This document shows, piece after piece, positions 1 to 11,301 of a stretch of DNA of 64,000 bases (its first letter is position 1; each line of letters starts with the position of its first letter). The notes beneath the pieces are model-generated. The model ran no database searches, was not told the origin of the DNA, and saw only the letters and a list, made by a program, of their open reading frames with translations. The stretch spans positions 96,001 to 160,000 of IMG/VR virus record IMGVR_UViG_3300028388_004019; one strand, written 5' to 3'. Source of the DNA: a virus. The translations under genes and the position numbers were made by a program.

Positions 1-95
1 GTTACGTCTCTACTCGGCGTGTAATTCATGATGATTTCTACATCCTCAGGGGACATATCTGCAGGTCTTGTTATTCCATAAGTTCCTAAAGCCAT
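1..95 (-). CDS. Hypothetical protein, N-terminal fragment (runs off the left edge)
   Basis: ATG at 95 reads MALGTYGITRPADMSPEDVEIIMNYTPSRDV and stays open to position 1; starts 3 nt after the stop of the upstream gene. Confidence 0.7.
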   Translation of the reverse strand, partial: MALGTYGITRPADMSPEDVEIIMNYTPSRDV

Positions 96-98
96 TTT

Positions 99-1181
99 CT
101 AATTTTCATTAATTTTATAGAAACCATAACCATATCTTGTTAAGTCTCCTAAGTTATCAACCTCACCCAACCTTTCTAAACCTTCGAAAGCTGAGTTCTT
201 GCCTCTGTCTATAAATACTTCACTCTGAATTTCTGGTGAAGAAACCATATCTAATAATACTTCTTGTTTTGTAATTGCACTTACACTTATGTCATTTGCG
301 GTAATACCTGATGAATTTTCGATGAATAGAGTTGTACCATCAGGATAATCATAGTAATCAACATTATTGATTGTATATGCGGTGTAATCAGTATCCAACT
401 CATTGATGACACCATACAATTGACCGTTTTGGAAAATAGGGACATTTGTTGCATATCTTACAGAACCATAACTACTCAGACTTGTCAATCTACTCGACGT
501 ATACCCTGACACTATAAAAGGTATATTAGTATATTTTGAGGATACTTGAGAAGATATATTATTCTCAGCATCACCACTGAAAATAAAATCATAACTCAAT
601 GGTGTACCTGACCAATTTCCCCCTTGTGGTGTAAAAGTAATCGAACCTTCAGGATTAGGTATTGTAGCACCACTCATAGGGATTTTGATTTCTTTTTTCA
701 CTTCAGTAGTCCCCCATGGATTTGTTTGTGTAATTGTCACGGTGAAAGCAGAAGCAAATGGATATATATGAGATTTGAAATCAGGTGAAGTGTCATTTAT
801 ATTTTCAGTTGAGCTACCATCACCCCAATCAATAACATAATCCGCAAGTTGTAAAAATTTTTTGAAGTCCCTATCCGCTGTATTGAATACAAATACTTCA
901 TAAAAATTATTTGGATTCCCTGAATATACAAAGTTGTTCACCACATTCTTTTGAAGAATATACCCATCGAATGGTGTGTAGTACCCCAAATCATTGAAGG
1001 ATTGTGTAAACATGATTGGTATAGTCAATCCTGTAAGTAAGGAATCACCATTGGTTCCACCACTTAAGATTTCTGTCAATCCGGAATACACACCAAAAGT
1101 ATTTCCACTATAGGTTTCTTGAACGATATCACTCTTCAAAACCTCAGGAGAAACTTTAATATATGTCTTTTGTGTTTTCAT
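99..1181 (-). CDS. Putative virion structural protein with a PKD-like motif
   Basis: 360 aa, beta-rich, contains IDWGDGS; co-transcribed with baseplate genes. Confidence 0.5.
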   Translation of the reverse strand: MKTQKTYIKVSPEVLKSDIVQETYSGNTFGVYSGLTEILSGGTNGDSLLTGLTIPIMFTQSFNDLGYYTPFDGYILQKNVVNNFVYSGNPNNFYEVFVFNTADRDFKKFLQLADYVIDWGDGSSTENINDTSPDFKSHIYPFASAFTVTITQTNPWGTTEVKKEIKIPMSGATIPNPEGSITFTPQGGNWSGTPLSYDFIFSGDAENNISSQVSSKYTNIPFIVSGYTSSRLTSLSSYGSVRYATNVPIFQNGQLYGVINELDTDYTAYTINNVDYYDYPDGTTLFIENSSGITANDISVSAITKQEVLLDMVSSPEIQSEVFIDRGKNSAFEGLERLGEVDNLGDLTRYGYGFYKINEN

Positions 1182-1984
1182 TATGGGTTGACGTATTCAT
1201 AAAATTTTATCGGAGTTCCTGTTCCTATCCTCACGTTATTGAGATTATACATCTCATACTCATAATTATTATAATCCAATTGTAATTTGGTATAAAAATT
1301 ATCGGCCTTATTGAAATTAAACCTATTACTAAAATTTGATTGAGGTTGGGTCATCATCCTTGTAAAATCACCCGTCTTTCCATTAAAAAACTTGACCGAC
1401 ATGTAAAATTCATCCAAATTGATAAAGTCCCTATCTCTCAACCAATAGATAAAGAAACCTTCTTTGTCACCAACATAATCCAATTTGTATTTTGGTATTC
1501 TCACATCAACAACATTTGGTACGAGAGCAGTACCAATATCTGCCGATGTCGTTTCCCCTTGTTGAGTCGGTATCACCACCGTGAAATATAGTCTTTGTTT
1601 TTGACTATCATTAGAATCGTAAAAGTCCAACTTGAAGAAACTATTTTTGAATGAATTGGCATAATAATGAACTTCTCTATCATTAAATCCCGCACCACTA
1701 TAACTTATAGTCCAATCCGAAGCTGTCGCACCTGTAACATCAATCAAGGAATTGATAAAATAAAATTCGTAGTTTATACTTGAAGCCGTAGTAGAATATA
1801 TTTTATGGTCAAATCTTGTAACCTCAAAATCCTCAGTTGGATTGATGACCTGTTCAATAACCTCATCCTCAAACACATCAATAGCATCATCACGACCTGT
1901 CACATCCCAAGATTGTTCAATCGGAATCTGAATTTCTCTCTCAATACCTCTATCTGAAAATCTATACTTATTCACAATCATCAA
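1181..1984 (-). CDS. Hypothetical protein, probably baseplate/tail structural
   Basis: 267 aa ORF overlapping both neighbours in the baseplate operon. Confidence 0.45.
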   Translation of the reverse strand: MMIVNKYRFSDRGIEREIQIPIEQSWDVTGRDDAIDVFEDEVIEQVINPTEDFEVTRFDHKIYSTTASSINYEFYFINSLIDVTGATASDWTISYSGAGFNDREVHYYANSFKNSFFKLDFYDSNDSQKQRLYFTVVIPTQQGETTSADIGTALVPNVVDVRIPKYKLDYVGDKEGFFIYWLRDRDFINLDEFYMSVKFFNGKTGDFTRMMTQPQSNFSNRFNFNKADNFYTKLQLDYNNYEYEMYNLNNVRIGTGTPIKFYEYVNP

Positions 1985-3668
1985 TAGCTGGTGGGGTTAT
2001 CACACCGAATCCATAATTCAATGTTCTTTGCGGTAATACCTGAAGGAATGTGATGTCTTTGAATGGGTAATGTGCACCATTTAAGAATGGGTGGTCAACA
2101 CCTACCCCTTCACCATCAACAAACCCATAAGGGTACAAATCTCTCCATCTCCATCTTTGTTCGAAGTTAGAGTAAAAGGCGTAATCAGGAATACCATCCA
2201 CATCATCAACATTTCCCGTTTCAACGTAAGGTGAAAAATCTCTAACCTGTATAGAATAATGTGGATAATATAAGTATCCACTCGGTAAAACAACAGTACT
2301 TTCATCCAAAAAATGAATATCATTATAACTGTATTTATGTAACATAGGTGAAACAACATACTCCTTCATTTCAAAATCATTCCACTCGCAAAAATCTCCA
2401 AGGATTTCATCCCCTTGGGAAAGGTTTTGGTTATAATAAAATGTTTGATTATTTTTTTGGTAGTTAGCACCAGGAATATTATCTTTGTTATTAGAATTGT
2501 CTTTTCTCCACCATTGGTCGACTTCTAATGATAGACAGTTGAATTCCCAACCAACCTCGATAGATGATGTTGACCTACCATAAGGTTTGTTGAACCAACC
2601 CATATATCCTTTGTTTAGTATAGTAACAAATATTTCACTCAGTGGTCTATCATGATTGTCTTTATAATCATCTATTTTAATTTGTTTCTCAAAGGTAAAT
2701 GATACCACTTGACTACCATTTCTCGTTGACACCCTTTGAACGTTATTTGGCGTCAATGCAGAATATTCTAATTTACTATCATTGTTAAATGGAGTATTTT
2801 CGAATCCCATTCTTGCGAGATTATAATCCTTAATATCGGTAAGAATTTTGTGTTTTCTCACATAATAATTAGAGGTGGTTTCACCAGAATTATTTCTATT
2901 AATTACCCTTTTTAATGTACCTGTAACACCATTACCAAAAGTAGAACCAGTGTAACCCAAATCATAAATTGAAAATACTTTACCGTTACTATCATAATCT
3001 TCATCCCCCAACTCATATACTTGAAATAATGATTCTCCATTGTAATTAATTGAAAGTTTGACATACTCACCAACGGAAAGATTATGACTACCACCACAGT
3101 AGAAAGTAATCAGATTTTTACCGTTAACTGTTCTCTTTTTCATAGCAAAAGGGATACCATCTTCAACATTAAAAACGGTAGAAGCACTTAACTCTTCATT
3201 TTTATAAGTCATGGTACGACCTGTGATGTTATCTGAAGCATACGATAGGTAGATGGTCCAATTATAGGTTGTTGAACTTTTCGGGACAAAGTTGAGATGA
3301 CCTTCAATACCTTGAGTTCTGATAAAAGAAAATTCTTCATATTGCGGATACCCCTTCCATACATTAGAACTGACTGAATTTACCGCACCAACATAATATA
3401 AATTATTTTTATAAGGGTCATAGTTGGTTTTACCTGAAAGTACATTATCGAACAGATTAGTTATTTTTCCAGTAATCCTAACTTTATCAGAACCCTGTCT
3501 CTCTTTTTCAAATCTTTCAGCTAAGTTTACTAATACTGTACGGTCTCCCTCAACCATTAATCTTTTTTCACCTTCCAATGAAACATTTAAAGTAGTATCA
3601 AGGGTAGGAGCACCTTTGAACTGTTTCTCACTCGGAACAATTCTTATTTGACTTGGTTCCTTACTCAT
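1968..3668 (-). CDS. Hypothetical protein, probably baseplate/tail structural
   Basis: 566 aa, aromatic/Asn-rich, 4-nt overlap with the upstream gene. Confidence 0.45.
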   Translation of the reverse strand: MSKEPSQIRIVPSEKQFKGAPTLDTTLNVSLEGEKRLMVEGDRTVLVNLAERFEKERQGSDKVRITGKITNLFDNVLSGKTNYDPYKNNLYYVGAVNSVSSNVWKGYPQYEEFSFIRTQGIEGHLNFVPKSSTTYNWTIYLSYASDNITGRTMTYKNEELSASTVFNVEDGIPFAMKKRTVNGKNLITFYCGGSHNLSVGEYVKLSINYNGESLFQVYELGDEDYDSNGKVFSIYDLGYTGSTFGNGVTGTLKRVINRNNSGETTSNYYVRKHKILTDIKDYNLARMGFENTPFNNDSKLEYSALTPNNVQRVSTRNGSQVVSFTFEKQIKIDDYKDNHDRPLSEIFVTILNKGYMGWFNKPYGRSTSSIEVGWEFNCLSLEVDQWWRKDNSNNKDNIPGANYQKNNQTFYYNQNLSQGDEILGDFCEWNDFEMKEYVVSPMLHKYSYNDIHFLDESTVVLPSGYLYYPHYSIQVRDFSPYVETGNVDDVDGIPDYAFYSNFEQRWRWRDLYPYGFVDGEGVGVDHPFLNGAHYPFKDITFLQVLPQRTLNYGFGVITPPAIDDCE

Positions 3669-6600
3669 AACGTTTCTTGATTTAAGATAAATTTATCTAT
3701 AAACTTATTCATCGAACTAGCACCTTTTCTCAAACCGAAATAGAAGAAGTAAGGTGAACCAGTTTGTATTTTATTTCTGAACTGTGTTGGTTTTGTTGTT
3801 GTAACCTGGACTGTATTTCCTGATATGGTTGAATTGTATATGTACCCAGGTCTTTGAGTTGTTGGTTTATGTATGTTAGTGTTGAATGTGTTTTGTGATG
3901 TCAGCCTATCTTCACTTTGATAATTGACGGAACCAATACCATCTTGTGATTTTTTACTATACCAATCATTATCTTGAGTTCCGAATATTGTTGAAGAATT
4001 ATTGACAATTTGCCATTTGTGATATGGAACCAATTGGTCGTTATGACCGTAATTGTCTGTCAAAGTAACATTGAAAGTATCCTCAAATGTAAATTTACCT
4101 GGACTAATCATATCACGGTTAATAGTATTTGCACTGAAGAATATACCTAAGGTTGGGTCATTCCCATCTTTTATATATCTTATTTGTTCATCTGAATAAT
4201 TAGAACCTAAATATGGTACTACACCAAACTCAGAATTAATACTCAATAATTGAGCTACATCCCCATCCAATCTCTGATTGTCTCTTGAGAATAATTTTTG
4301 TACAGAACCATCACCTAATCCTACTATTTGTTCCCAAAATCCTGAATCAGTAAGTCGACTTATGGCAAATAATTGTAATATATCAGACGTGTCGTTATAC
4401 GAACTACTTTTGACTTTATCAATGATATATCCCTGAAATTCTGGATTAAAACATATTTCTTTCGTAAATAAATCTCTTGGACCTAAATCCATAATTGTAG
4501 TTGGGTTACCCAAAAACTTTTTATTGGCACCATTAGACCTACCAAGTATATTATTCTGTATTGCATTGTCTCTACCGATAAATCTATTACCTTGTGGTCG
4601 ATTAGGATTGTATGGAGAAGCTCGATAGTAGAATGAATTAGTAACCAATTGATACATCGCAGTATCTTTACAATAAACATATTCAGGATTTGTGGTATAT
4701 GTTGTCTTATTAATATCATTACCGTAAAGGTCAGTCTTTTGGAATGCATACATATACATCGCTCCGTTTATCCAATTATTAACGAAGGTCAGACTGACAA
4801 CGTTATTACATAATGCAAACATCATTCTAAATCTTGCTCTCCATTCAGCAATAGATTGGAAATCTTCACCGATTGCAAAGTTTTTAGTTATAAGGTAATA
4901 ACAACCCTTATACATCTTCTTTATCTCTTTTTTGTTATCAACATAATAACATCTATCATCTTCAGGTTGAACACCAATAGTTTGACCATATCCAGTATAA
5001 CACTCCAATGGAACCATTTTTTCACATGAAAAAGTTTCATTAATCTGTGTACTAATAGCACCCGCATCTTCATTGAAGTCATCACCACCGTCACCAAATC
5101 CACTGTCACTTCCGAAATTGAATGACGTAGACTCTCCATCGTCCGTAATCGTATAGATGGAAAACCTTTTGTTTTGGTGTAGAGAAAACCTCTTGTAGGT
5201 GTTGTCGGATGTCGGTAATCTATCCGTTCTCATAACCAACTTGGATGAGTCTGACATTGTTAATGACTGATTAGGGATTTTTTTATAATATACTGGTGAT
5301 GCATAAGACCAATCATTATCACTATTAGGCGTAGCTCCTTGAGACATCATCAAACTACCACCTTCAACAACCTCATCTTCTCTATAATTAAATTTGAAAT
5401 CATTGTTTTGTTCCATCCGACCCCAGTTTCCTATTACATTTACAAAATTCGGAGTCCTGACTGCTTTGTTTTCATTTTTAACATTTTTATTATAAAGAGT
5501 ATTAGTAGTATCCATTGAAGAATAATACTTATAATTTCTATTATTATAAGTTTGATACATTGAAGAATTAGGGGAAAATGAGAATGAATCAAAATATATC
5601 GGTAAACCAGTTTCAGAACAATTAGAACCATTATCACTTATTTTATCATGTCTCGGTATTCTCCAATCACTGTTAGCATTTGAATACGGTTGAATAGGTA
5701 TATTCATTTTAAATTTACCTCTAACTTGAGGACCACTACCCATATTAAATCCATACAATTTAGATAAGTCATATTTAATATCCTGTCTTGGTGTATTGGG
5801 GTCGACACCTCTCACCAAAAATACAACACAATGATTTTGCCAATCCGGATTTAACTTTATATTCGGAACTTCGGATTCGAAGTAATTACCACTTGTTGCA
5901 CCATTAGGATAAACATCAGGGTCTTTGGATAAACTACCACCTTTTTTAACTTTATGCCATCCAAAAAGGTAGTATTGACCTAAGGTATTATTTGGATTCC
6001 CATATGATGTCAACCCATTCGAACTACTACTCATGGTATTTTCATAATCAGCAAGAGTCTGCCCCGTGATGACTTGGAAATATTCGATATCAGATGCAAA
6101 ATCATAATTAACTGAACTCCCTGTAGTACCTGTGATTATGTAATTATTAATAGCTGAACCCAAATTAGTCGGTGACATAGATTTGATTTGTACCGTTGAA
6201 GTAGTTTGTGTACTAAAAATTGTAGTACCTGTTGTACCCCCACTTACATTCGGGTCGTTTGACATTTCAGGGTCGTTGAATGTTACAATAGTACCCGACG
6301 TGAATGTTGATAATTGACCAGAATCCAAAACTAACATAACAACATTATCACTATGTTTTTTGGAATTATTTTCTGTTGGATTGATGTAAGTGTCAATTCT
6401 ATTGTATCCACCATGTTGATGATATTTCGCTTTGACGTTAAAAAGATTAAATCTTTCACTCAACGGTAAATCTCTCGACCAAGTATCTTTTGTTACATTA
6501 GGGTTTTGTTTTTTATCCAACCACGGACTAAGTGATTGTTGTTCATCACCATATATATCATTACCCGCCATGACAGTAAGAAAACCGTCTGTGAACTTTT

Positions 6601-8830
6601 CCCATTCAGAGACATCATCATTATGATAACCAACAAAATCTGAATAAAATTCTGATTCATTAGTATTAATCAAGAGTGTAGTATTACTTTCAATTTCGGG
6701 AAATTCTGTATTCTGACCCGCTTCTCTGTCTTCACACGCACATGCCTGACACTCAGGATAAGAGAGGTTAGGTAGAGGAATCGCAGATAGAGGACACTTC
6801 TTTGATAACGAAGGAAAATTGAGTGGTGCTATTGGTTCTTTTTTACTACCAAAAAATTTTCTAATTACATTTATTACTGTAATAATAGAATTAATTACAA
6901 CAACTACTACAGTCACTAAGAAATTTAATATAATCCTTATGACCGGCCATAAAAAACAAATAACATGACCTATGACCGTCAATGCTAATATCACAGGAGT
7001 AAATACTGATAATAAAATATTGATAATTAGAAATAATAGATTGAAGTTTCTAACCCCGTCGTTTGTTGGAAACTTATTAGTGTCATTCTCACAACCTCTA
7101 TCCAATATCTCCTTAATACCTAAGAACCTCGCACGACCATAACCCTGTCTATACTCATCAATCATCATTGATGGTGTATAAACCTTATTGTAATTCATCA
7201 AATAGAATGAATCCTCACAATTAATCGCCACTTGCTTGTCAACATATTCATCCCAATCTAAAGAGAACGCATATGACTTTTGGAATTGAATGTAATCGTA
7301 ATCATACTGTTTGACTTCAACAGTAACATCTTGTCCTATAGTTTGTGGTGGATTACCAACCTCCGTAGTCTTTTTCGTTACTTCAATAGTCAAAGTACCA
7401 CCATTAGGAAATTCTATCCACTTTTCATTTCTGACCAATCCATTAACTGTCAAATTGATAGCCTCGAGATTGTCATTGAAAGGAATTGTCACCGTAGTGT
7501 TCGACGGTATGGTAATACTTTTTGTCTCAGTAACTTGACTCTGATTTAAAAAATCAACTTCAAGAATAGTCTCCGTATCTTTTGTTGATGGGTCAACACC
7601 CGAATTTTGGACTGAACCGTTCCACCCATATTCTCTAATCTGTGGAACAATAAAGTTGGCTCTTTGAACTTCTCCAACTATTGGGAAAATTTGGTCACCC
7701 TCAAAAGGTGGTCCATTTTCTTCTGATTGATACTTAATCTTAAATCTATACTTACCCTTTGTAGGAATACCAATTGCAGGGTCATTAGATAAGACCGTCT
7801 CACCAAACTCATTGGTCACCACATAATCTAAGTTCATCGGAACGTCGGTAACAAAGGCACCATCCTCATCAATTACCTTACCTGAATTTGGTAAACTATA
7901 TTGTTCCAACACTGGGTCCCCATTTTGGTCTACATCAATGGTCTGCCTGACCGCCAATATCTCACCTGGCCCTGTCGCTAAATTACATAAATCACCTTGT
8001 TCAGTTCTTGGCTTACAGTTTGGTTTTATCGGCCTACTCTCGACATCACTGAAGATAGAACCCATAAACACAGCTGTGGGTTGAATCTCAATACCCAAAT
8101 CTCTTAAATCAAAATCATTTCTTGTAATACCAATATTACACAGGTCCTCTTGACCCCAAAAAGAAGCTACATCAATATCTTTTACTTGTGTTATAATTTG
8201 TGGTAATTCATCAATATTTGTGGACGCTTTGAAGTTAGAACCGTCGAACTGCTCAGCAATACCCATATTCATTCTAATCAAATCCTGAGGTCTCAAAGAA
8301 AAACAACCCATGTCAGATAGGTCCATATCCAAAACAATCTTCTGATTACCCAACGGCACACCAGTAATCATAAAATCACCAGAAGTGTTTGTCTTCACTG
8401 TAAATTTGTAATACTTCTCATAGATTTCCAATACCTCGTTACGAGTAAGAACGTCAGACCTTGAAGGGAATGTACCTGTCGGCGTATGACCTCCATATTG
8501 TTTTTCATAAGGTAATAGATTATATCGATATCCATCTTCATTTTTATCAGAAGGGGATTTGTAAGGATATAAAGCTGATATTACTGGGTCCTCTAAGTCC
8601 ATATCATCGACAGGTATGAAGATAGAAACTCTAGCATTTGGTATACCAAATCCACTATTTGCAACTACACGACCAACAACCACACCATAATCAGCACAGA
8701 ATCTGGAATACACATCTTCCTGTCTTAACTTCAACGATAAGATTTCAAGAAAATCGAAGTCCTGCTCCACATTCACACGAATGTTTTGGTCAGTCCCTAA
8801 CTTAGTACGTATTCTATATGATTTAGACAT
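3665..8830 (-). CDS. Large baseplate-associated structural protein with an internal hydrophobic segment
   Basis: 1721 aa directly after the gp6-like wedge gene; N-terminal prealbumin-like beta motif VVVGRVVANSGFGIPNARVSIF; internal TM-like stretch and Cys cluster. Confidence 0.55.
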   Translation of the reverse strand: MSKSYRIRTKLGTDQNIRVNVEQDFDFLEILSLKLRQEDVYSRFCADYGVVVGRVVANSGFGIPNARVSIFIPVDDMDLEDPVISALYPYKSPSDKNEDGYRYNLLPYEKQYGGHTPTGTFPSRSDVLTRNEVLEIYEKYYKFTVKTNTSGDFMITGVPLGNQKIVLDMDLSDMGCFSLRPQDLIRMNMGIAEQFDGSNFKASTNIDELPQIITQVKDIDVASFWGQEDLCNIGITRNDFDLRDLGIEIQPTAVFMGSIFSDVESRPIKPNCKPRTEQGDLCNLATGPGEILAVRQTIDVDQNGDPVLEQYSLPNSGKVIDEDGAFVTDVPMNLDYVVTNEFGETVLSNDPAIGIPTKGKYRFKIKYQSEENGPPFEGDQIFPIVGEVQRANFIVPQIREYGWNGSVQNSGVDPSTKDTETILEVDFLNQSQVTETKSITIPSNTTVTIPFNDNLEAINLTVNGLVRNEKWIEFPNGGTLTIEVTKKTTEVGNPPQTIGQDVTVEVKQYDYDYIQFQKSYAFSLDWDEYVDKQVAINCEDSFYLMNYNKVYTPSMMIDEYRQGYGRARFLGIKEILDRGCENDTNKFPTNDGVRNFNLLFLIINILLSVFTPVILALTVIGHVICFLWPVIRIILNFLVTVVVVVINSIITVINVIRKFFGSKKEPIAPLNFPSLSKKCPLSAIPLPNLSYPECQACACEDREAGQNTEFPEIESNTTLLINTNESEFYSDFVGYHNDDVSEWEKFTDGFLTVMAGNDIYGDEQQSLSPWLDKKQNPNVTKDTWSRDLPLSERFNLFNVKAKYHQHGGYNRIDTYINPTENNSKKHSDNVVMLVLDSGQLSTFTSGTIVTFNDPEMSNDPNVSGGTTGTTIFSTQTTSTVQIKSMSPTNLGSAINNYIITGTTGSSVNYDFASDIEYFQVITGQTLADYENTMSSSSNGLTSYGNPNNTLGQYYLFGWHKVKKGGSLSKDPDVYPNGATSGNYFESEVPNIKLNPDWQNHCVVFLVRGVDPNTPRQDIKYDLSKLYGFNMGSGPQVRGKFKMNIPIQPYSNANSDWRIPRHDKISDNGSNCSETGLPIYFDSFSFSPNSSMYQTYNNRNYKYYSSMDTTNTLYNKNVKNENKAVRTPNFVNVIGNWGRMEQNNDFKFNYREDEVVEGGSLMMSQGATPNSDNDWSYASPVYYKKIPNQSLTMSDSSKLVMRTDRLPTSDNTYKRFSLHQNKRFSIYTITDDGESTSFNFGSDSGFGDGGDDFNEDAGAISTQINETFSCEKMVPLECYTGYGQTIGVQPEDDRCYYVDNKKEIKKMYKGCYYLITKNFAIGEDFQSIAEWRARFRMMFALCNNVVSLTFVNNWINGAMYMYAFQKTDLYGNDINKTTYTTNPEYVYCKDTAMYQLVTNSFYYRASPYNPNRPQGNRFIGRDNAIQNNILGRSNGANKKFLGNPTTIMDLGPRDLFTKEICFNPEFQGYIIDKVKSSSYNDTSDILQLFAISRLTDSGFWEQIVGLGDGSVQKLFSRDNQRLDGDVAQLLSINSEFGVVPYLGSNYSDEQIRYIKDGNDPTLGIFFSANTINRDMISPGKFTFEDTFNVTLTDNYGHNDQLVPYHKWQIVNNSSTIFGTQDNDWYSKKSQDGIGSVNYQSEDRLTSQNTFNTNIHKPTTQRPGYIYNSTISGNTVQVTTTKPTQFRNKIQTGSPYFFYFGLRKGASSMNKFIDKFILNQETL

Positions 8831-8843
8831 AATGCAGTTTTAA

Positions 8844-8851
8844 GATAAATA
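8844..8851 (-). promoter_or_regulatory. Candidate late promoter element TATTTATC
   Basis: 13 nt before ATG 8830; part of the palindrome GATAAAT-ACCC-ATTTATC (8844-8861). Confidence 0.6.
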
Positions 8852-8905
8852 CCCATTTATCCATTTTACAAATGTAAACCCACAAGTATCTGATGTAAAT
8901 TATTA

Positions 8906-10744
8906 TTATTTGTAATCGACGTTTTTAAGGTTTTTAACTCTGACCTTAATATCTTTCTCAGGGAATCTTACTTGGTAAATCTGTGAAGGTTCCGCAAAAA
9001 TGGTTTCATCAATTAATTGAATTTCTTTCGTGTCGTCGTCCGAATATCTTTGTGATGTTTCAGCTGAAGAATATTGACCCCCAACTTTATTGTAAACTTT
9101 TAATTCAGTAATTGAAATCACACCAGCAACATTTTGAATGATTTGTTTCAGTTGAGATACAAAAATGTTTTCACCCATGGACCTATCTGTTGGTGTCATA
9201 TATTTTGATACCTCATCTATAATTTTAGTTATGACCGTTCCTTGATTCTGACCTGAATCTAATACTACAGATAAATCATATTCCAAATCAATAACTTGAC
9301 CAACATTCACTGAGATGTAGTCGTTAATCATTCTATATTTTGATAGGTAGTTAGCGATATTTTGTTTCAATGTGTTTGATACTGTCTGAGTCAAACTACC
9401 GTTTGCATCATAAGATAAGACATTGATGTTAATCTTATTATCTTTTTCGGTGATTGCTGTCTTTGCAGGTGCACCGTATTTTCCAGGCATCTTTCTAACC
9501 AAGGCGTTATAATCATTGATGGTCACCGCTCTATTTTGAGAAGCGAAGTTAAATGTCACCATATTCCTTGCCTCTTCTATAGACGGTTGATTAGCCCCAC
9601 CAATAGCCGCAGTCACATTATTGACCGTCAACGAATTGATTACAGTTTGATTATTTGTATTCGAAGGACCATTTACAAAAAAGTTTACCGTCCCCACTTG
9701 GTTGATTGCATTAACTCCAATGTTAGACGCCGTTCCACCACCAACTCTATACTTAACGAATAATGTAGTATTTGCTTTTACAGTCCTACCCAATCCAATA
9801 TTATTTTGATAATCTTGTATTCTTAATGATACCCCATTTCTTGCAAATTCAGCAAGTTGGTCGTCAGGTGTTGTTGTTCCACCACCAAACTGTACTTTCA
9901 TAAATCCTTGAGGGGTGTATTCAGTGATGAATCTTTCCTCAGTATCTATGTATTTACCAACTTTGATACCTGGTAAATCTGAAGGTTTTGTAGTGTCCTC
10001 AACAAAAACTGTACTCTCAGCTAAAGAATCAACCTCATACCATCTGTCTTGAGCATTAACAAATTCAGAATATGTCGGTGTTGACTGAAAAGAAGTACCG
10101 TCTTTTTGAATGATATCTACAACTTCTAATACATTCTGTTCTGGTAAGAAAAACTCAAAAAATGGTTTTACATCATTTGGATTTATAGTCTTCTTGAATA
10201 CTTTGGTAAGTCCGTTGACTACTACTTCTCTCTTAGTAATAGTGTAATTTATTAATACATTATTGGAGTCGAAATTTGGAATTTTAGTCCTGTTTGGAAA
10301 ACCCTCATTATTATATTGTGAAGCAAAATCAATATCATATACATTTTCGAATACTTGACCCGCACCAATAACTTGGGAACCTGCTCTTAAGATACCCAAG
10401 TACCTCGAATCTTCTTGGTCACCCAATGCCGGTACTGTAATAGAAAAATCAACAATCGCAACAGATGGTCTGTTACCAGGTATCTTTAGACCATAAGTTC
10501 TTGCAATGTTAAATATAGATGAACGTTGTTGTGCATATTGAAGTACAGTTTCTTGAATACTTCTGTCAATATGGTAATTGAGATTATCACCAATTGCTGC
10601 GTTCAAATCCATGAGTACAGAATATACAGCAGCATCATTGAAGTTATCGATTAATTCAGGGTAATATTGTCTCGTATAGTTTACGAGGTCCTGTCTTAAA
10701 CCTTCAAAGTCTCTTTCTGTATATGAAATCTTCTTACTCGCCAT
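8906..10744 (-). CDS. Baseplate wedge subunit (T4 gp6 / baseplate J-like)
   Basis: N-terminal YTERDFEGLRQDL...NYHIDR..QE; GG..P.IEEAR...F.SQNRAVTINDY motif; follows the gp25-like gene. Confidence 0.85.
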   Translation of the reverse strand: MASKKISYTERDFEGLRQDLVNYTRQYYPELIDNFNDAAVYSVLMDLNAAIGDNLNYHIDRSIQETVLQYAQQRSSIFNIARTYGLKIPGNRPSVAIVDFSITVPALGDQEDSRYLGILRAGSQVIGAGQVFENVYDIDFASQYNNEGFPNRTKIPNFDSNNVLINYTITKREVVVNGLTKVFKKTINPNDVKPFFEFFLPEQNVLEVVDIIQKDGTSFQSTPTYSEFVNAQDRWYEVDSLAESTVFVEDTTKPSDLPGIKVGKYIDTEERFITEYTPQGFMKVQFGGGTTTPDDQLAEFARNGVSLRIQDYQNNIGLGRTVKANTTLFVKYRVGGGTASNIGVNAINQVGTVNFFVNGPSNTNNQTVINSLTVNNVTAAIGGANQPSIEEARNMVTFNFASQNRAVTINDYNALVRKMPGKYGAPAKTAITEKDNKININVLSYDANGSLTQTVSNTLKQNIANYLSKYRMINDYISVNVGQVIDLEYDLSVVLDSGQNQGTVITKIIDEVSKYMTPTDRSMGENIFVSQLKQIIQNVAGVISITELKVYNKVGGQYSSAETSQRYSDDDTKEIQLIDETIFAEPSQIYQVRFPEKDIKVRVKNLKNVDYK

Positions 10745-10750
10745 CTACTA

Positions 10751-11215
10751 TTAAATATTTATAATTATGAAATCTTTGGTTTGAAATGTATTATCAGTCA
10801 CTGTAAAATCAATTCTTAATTTTGCAGTATACTCTTCAACACCACGGCCAGGTATTCTATATATACCTCCAACACCTAACTTTTCAGTATTCAACTCACC
10901 TTGAGCATCCAAATCCTCTAAGTAAGGTGTGATTGTGATTTCATTTATTGTTAAATTAGGGATATACTTTTCGACCGCATTTTCGATATCAGACTTTATA
11001 GCTTGGAAACTTGTACCATCCATCGGTTCGAAAATAAATTCATATATTCTTGTTCCAAAATCAGGTAAATAATATCTACTTCCCTTTCTGGTAAGTATCA
11101 AATGAAGTAAGTCAGTCCTTATCTCCTCATCAGCAGTCTGAGAGAGAGAAAGATACTTTCCATCTTTACTATCCTGAAAAGGAAAATTAATACCATATGT
11201 TTTACCGTCAGCCAT
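10751..11215 (-). CDS. Baseplate wedge / sheath initiator (gp25-like)
   Basis: DLLHLILTRKGSRYYLPDFGTRIYEFIFEP is the gp25/GPW signature. Confidence 0.88.
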   Translation of the reverse strand: MADGKTYGINFPFQDSKDGKYLSLSQTADEEIRTDLLHLILTRKGSRYYLPDFGTRIYEFIFEPMDGTSFQAIKSDIENAVEKYIPNLTINEITITPYLEDLDAQGELNTEKLGVGGIYRIPGRGVEEYTAKLRIDFTVTDNTFQTKDFIIINI

Positions 11216-11219
11216 TGTC

Positions 11220-11227
11220 TATAAATA
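11220..11227 (-). promoter_or_regulatory. Candidate late promoter element TATTTATA
   Basis: 4 nt before the gp25-like ATG 11215. Confidence 0.65.
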
Positions 11228-11246
11228 TCTTAACTGATTAAATTAT

Positions 11247-11274
11247 AAAAAAAAGAGGACCGAAGTCCTCTTTT
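11247..11274 (-). terminator. Rho-independent terminator of the RNR operon
   Basis: GAGGAC-TTCG-GTCCTC followed by a T8 run on the - strand. Confidence 0.85.
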
Positions 11275-11301
11275 ATCTTAGTTGTCTGTTATTTTTAACA
11301 A

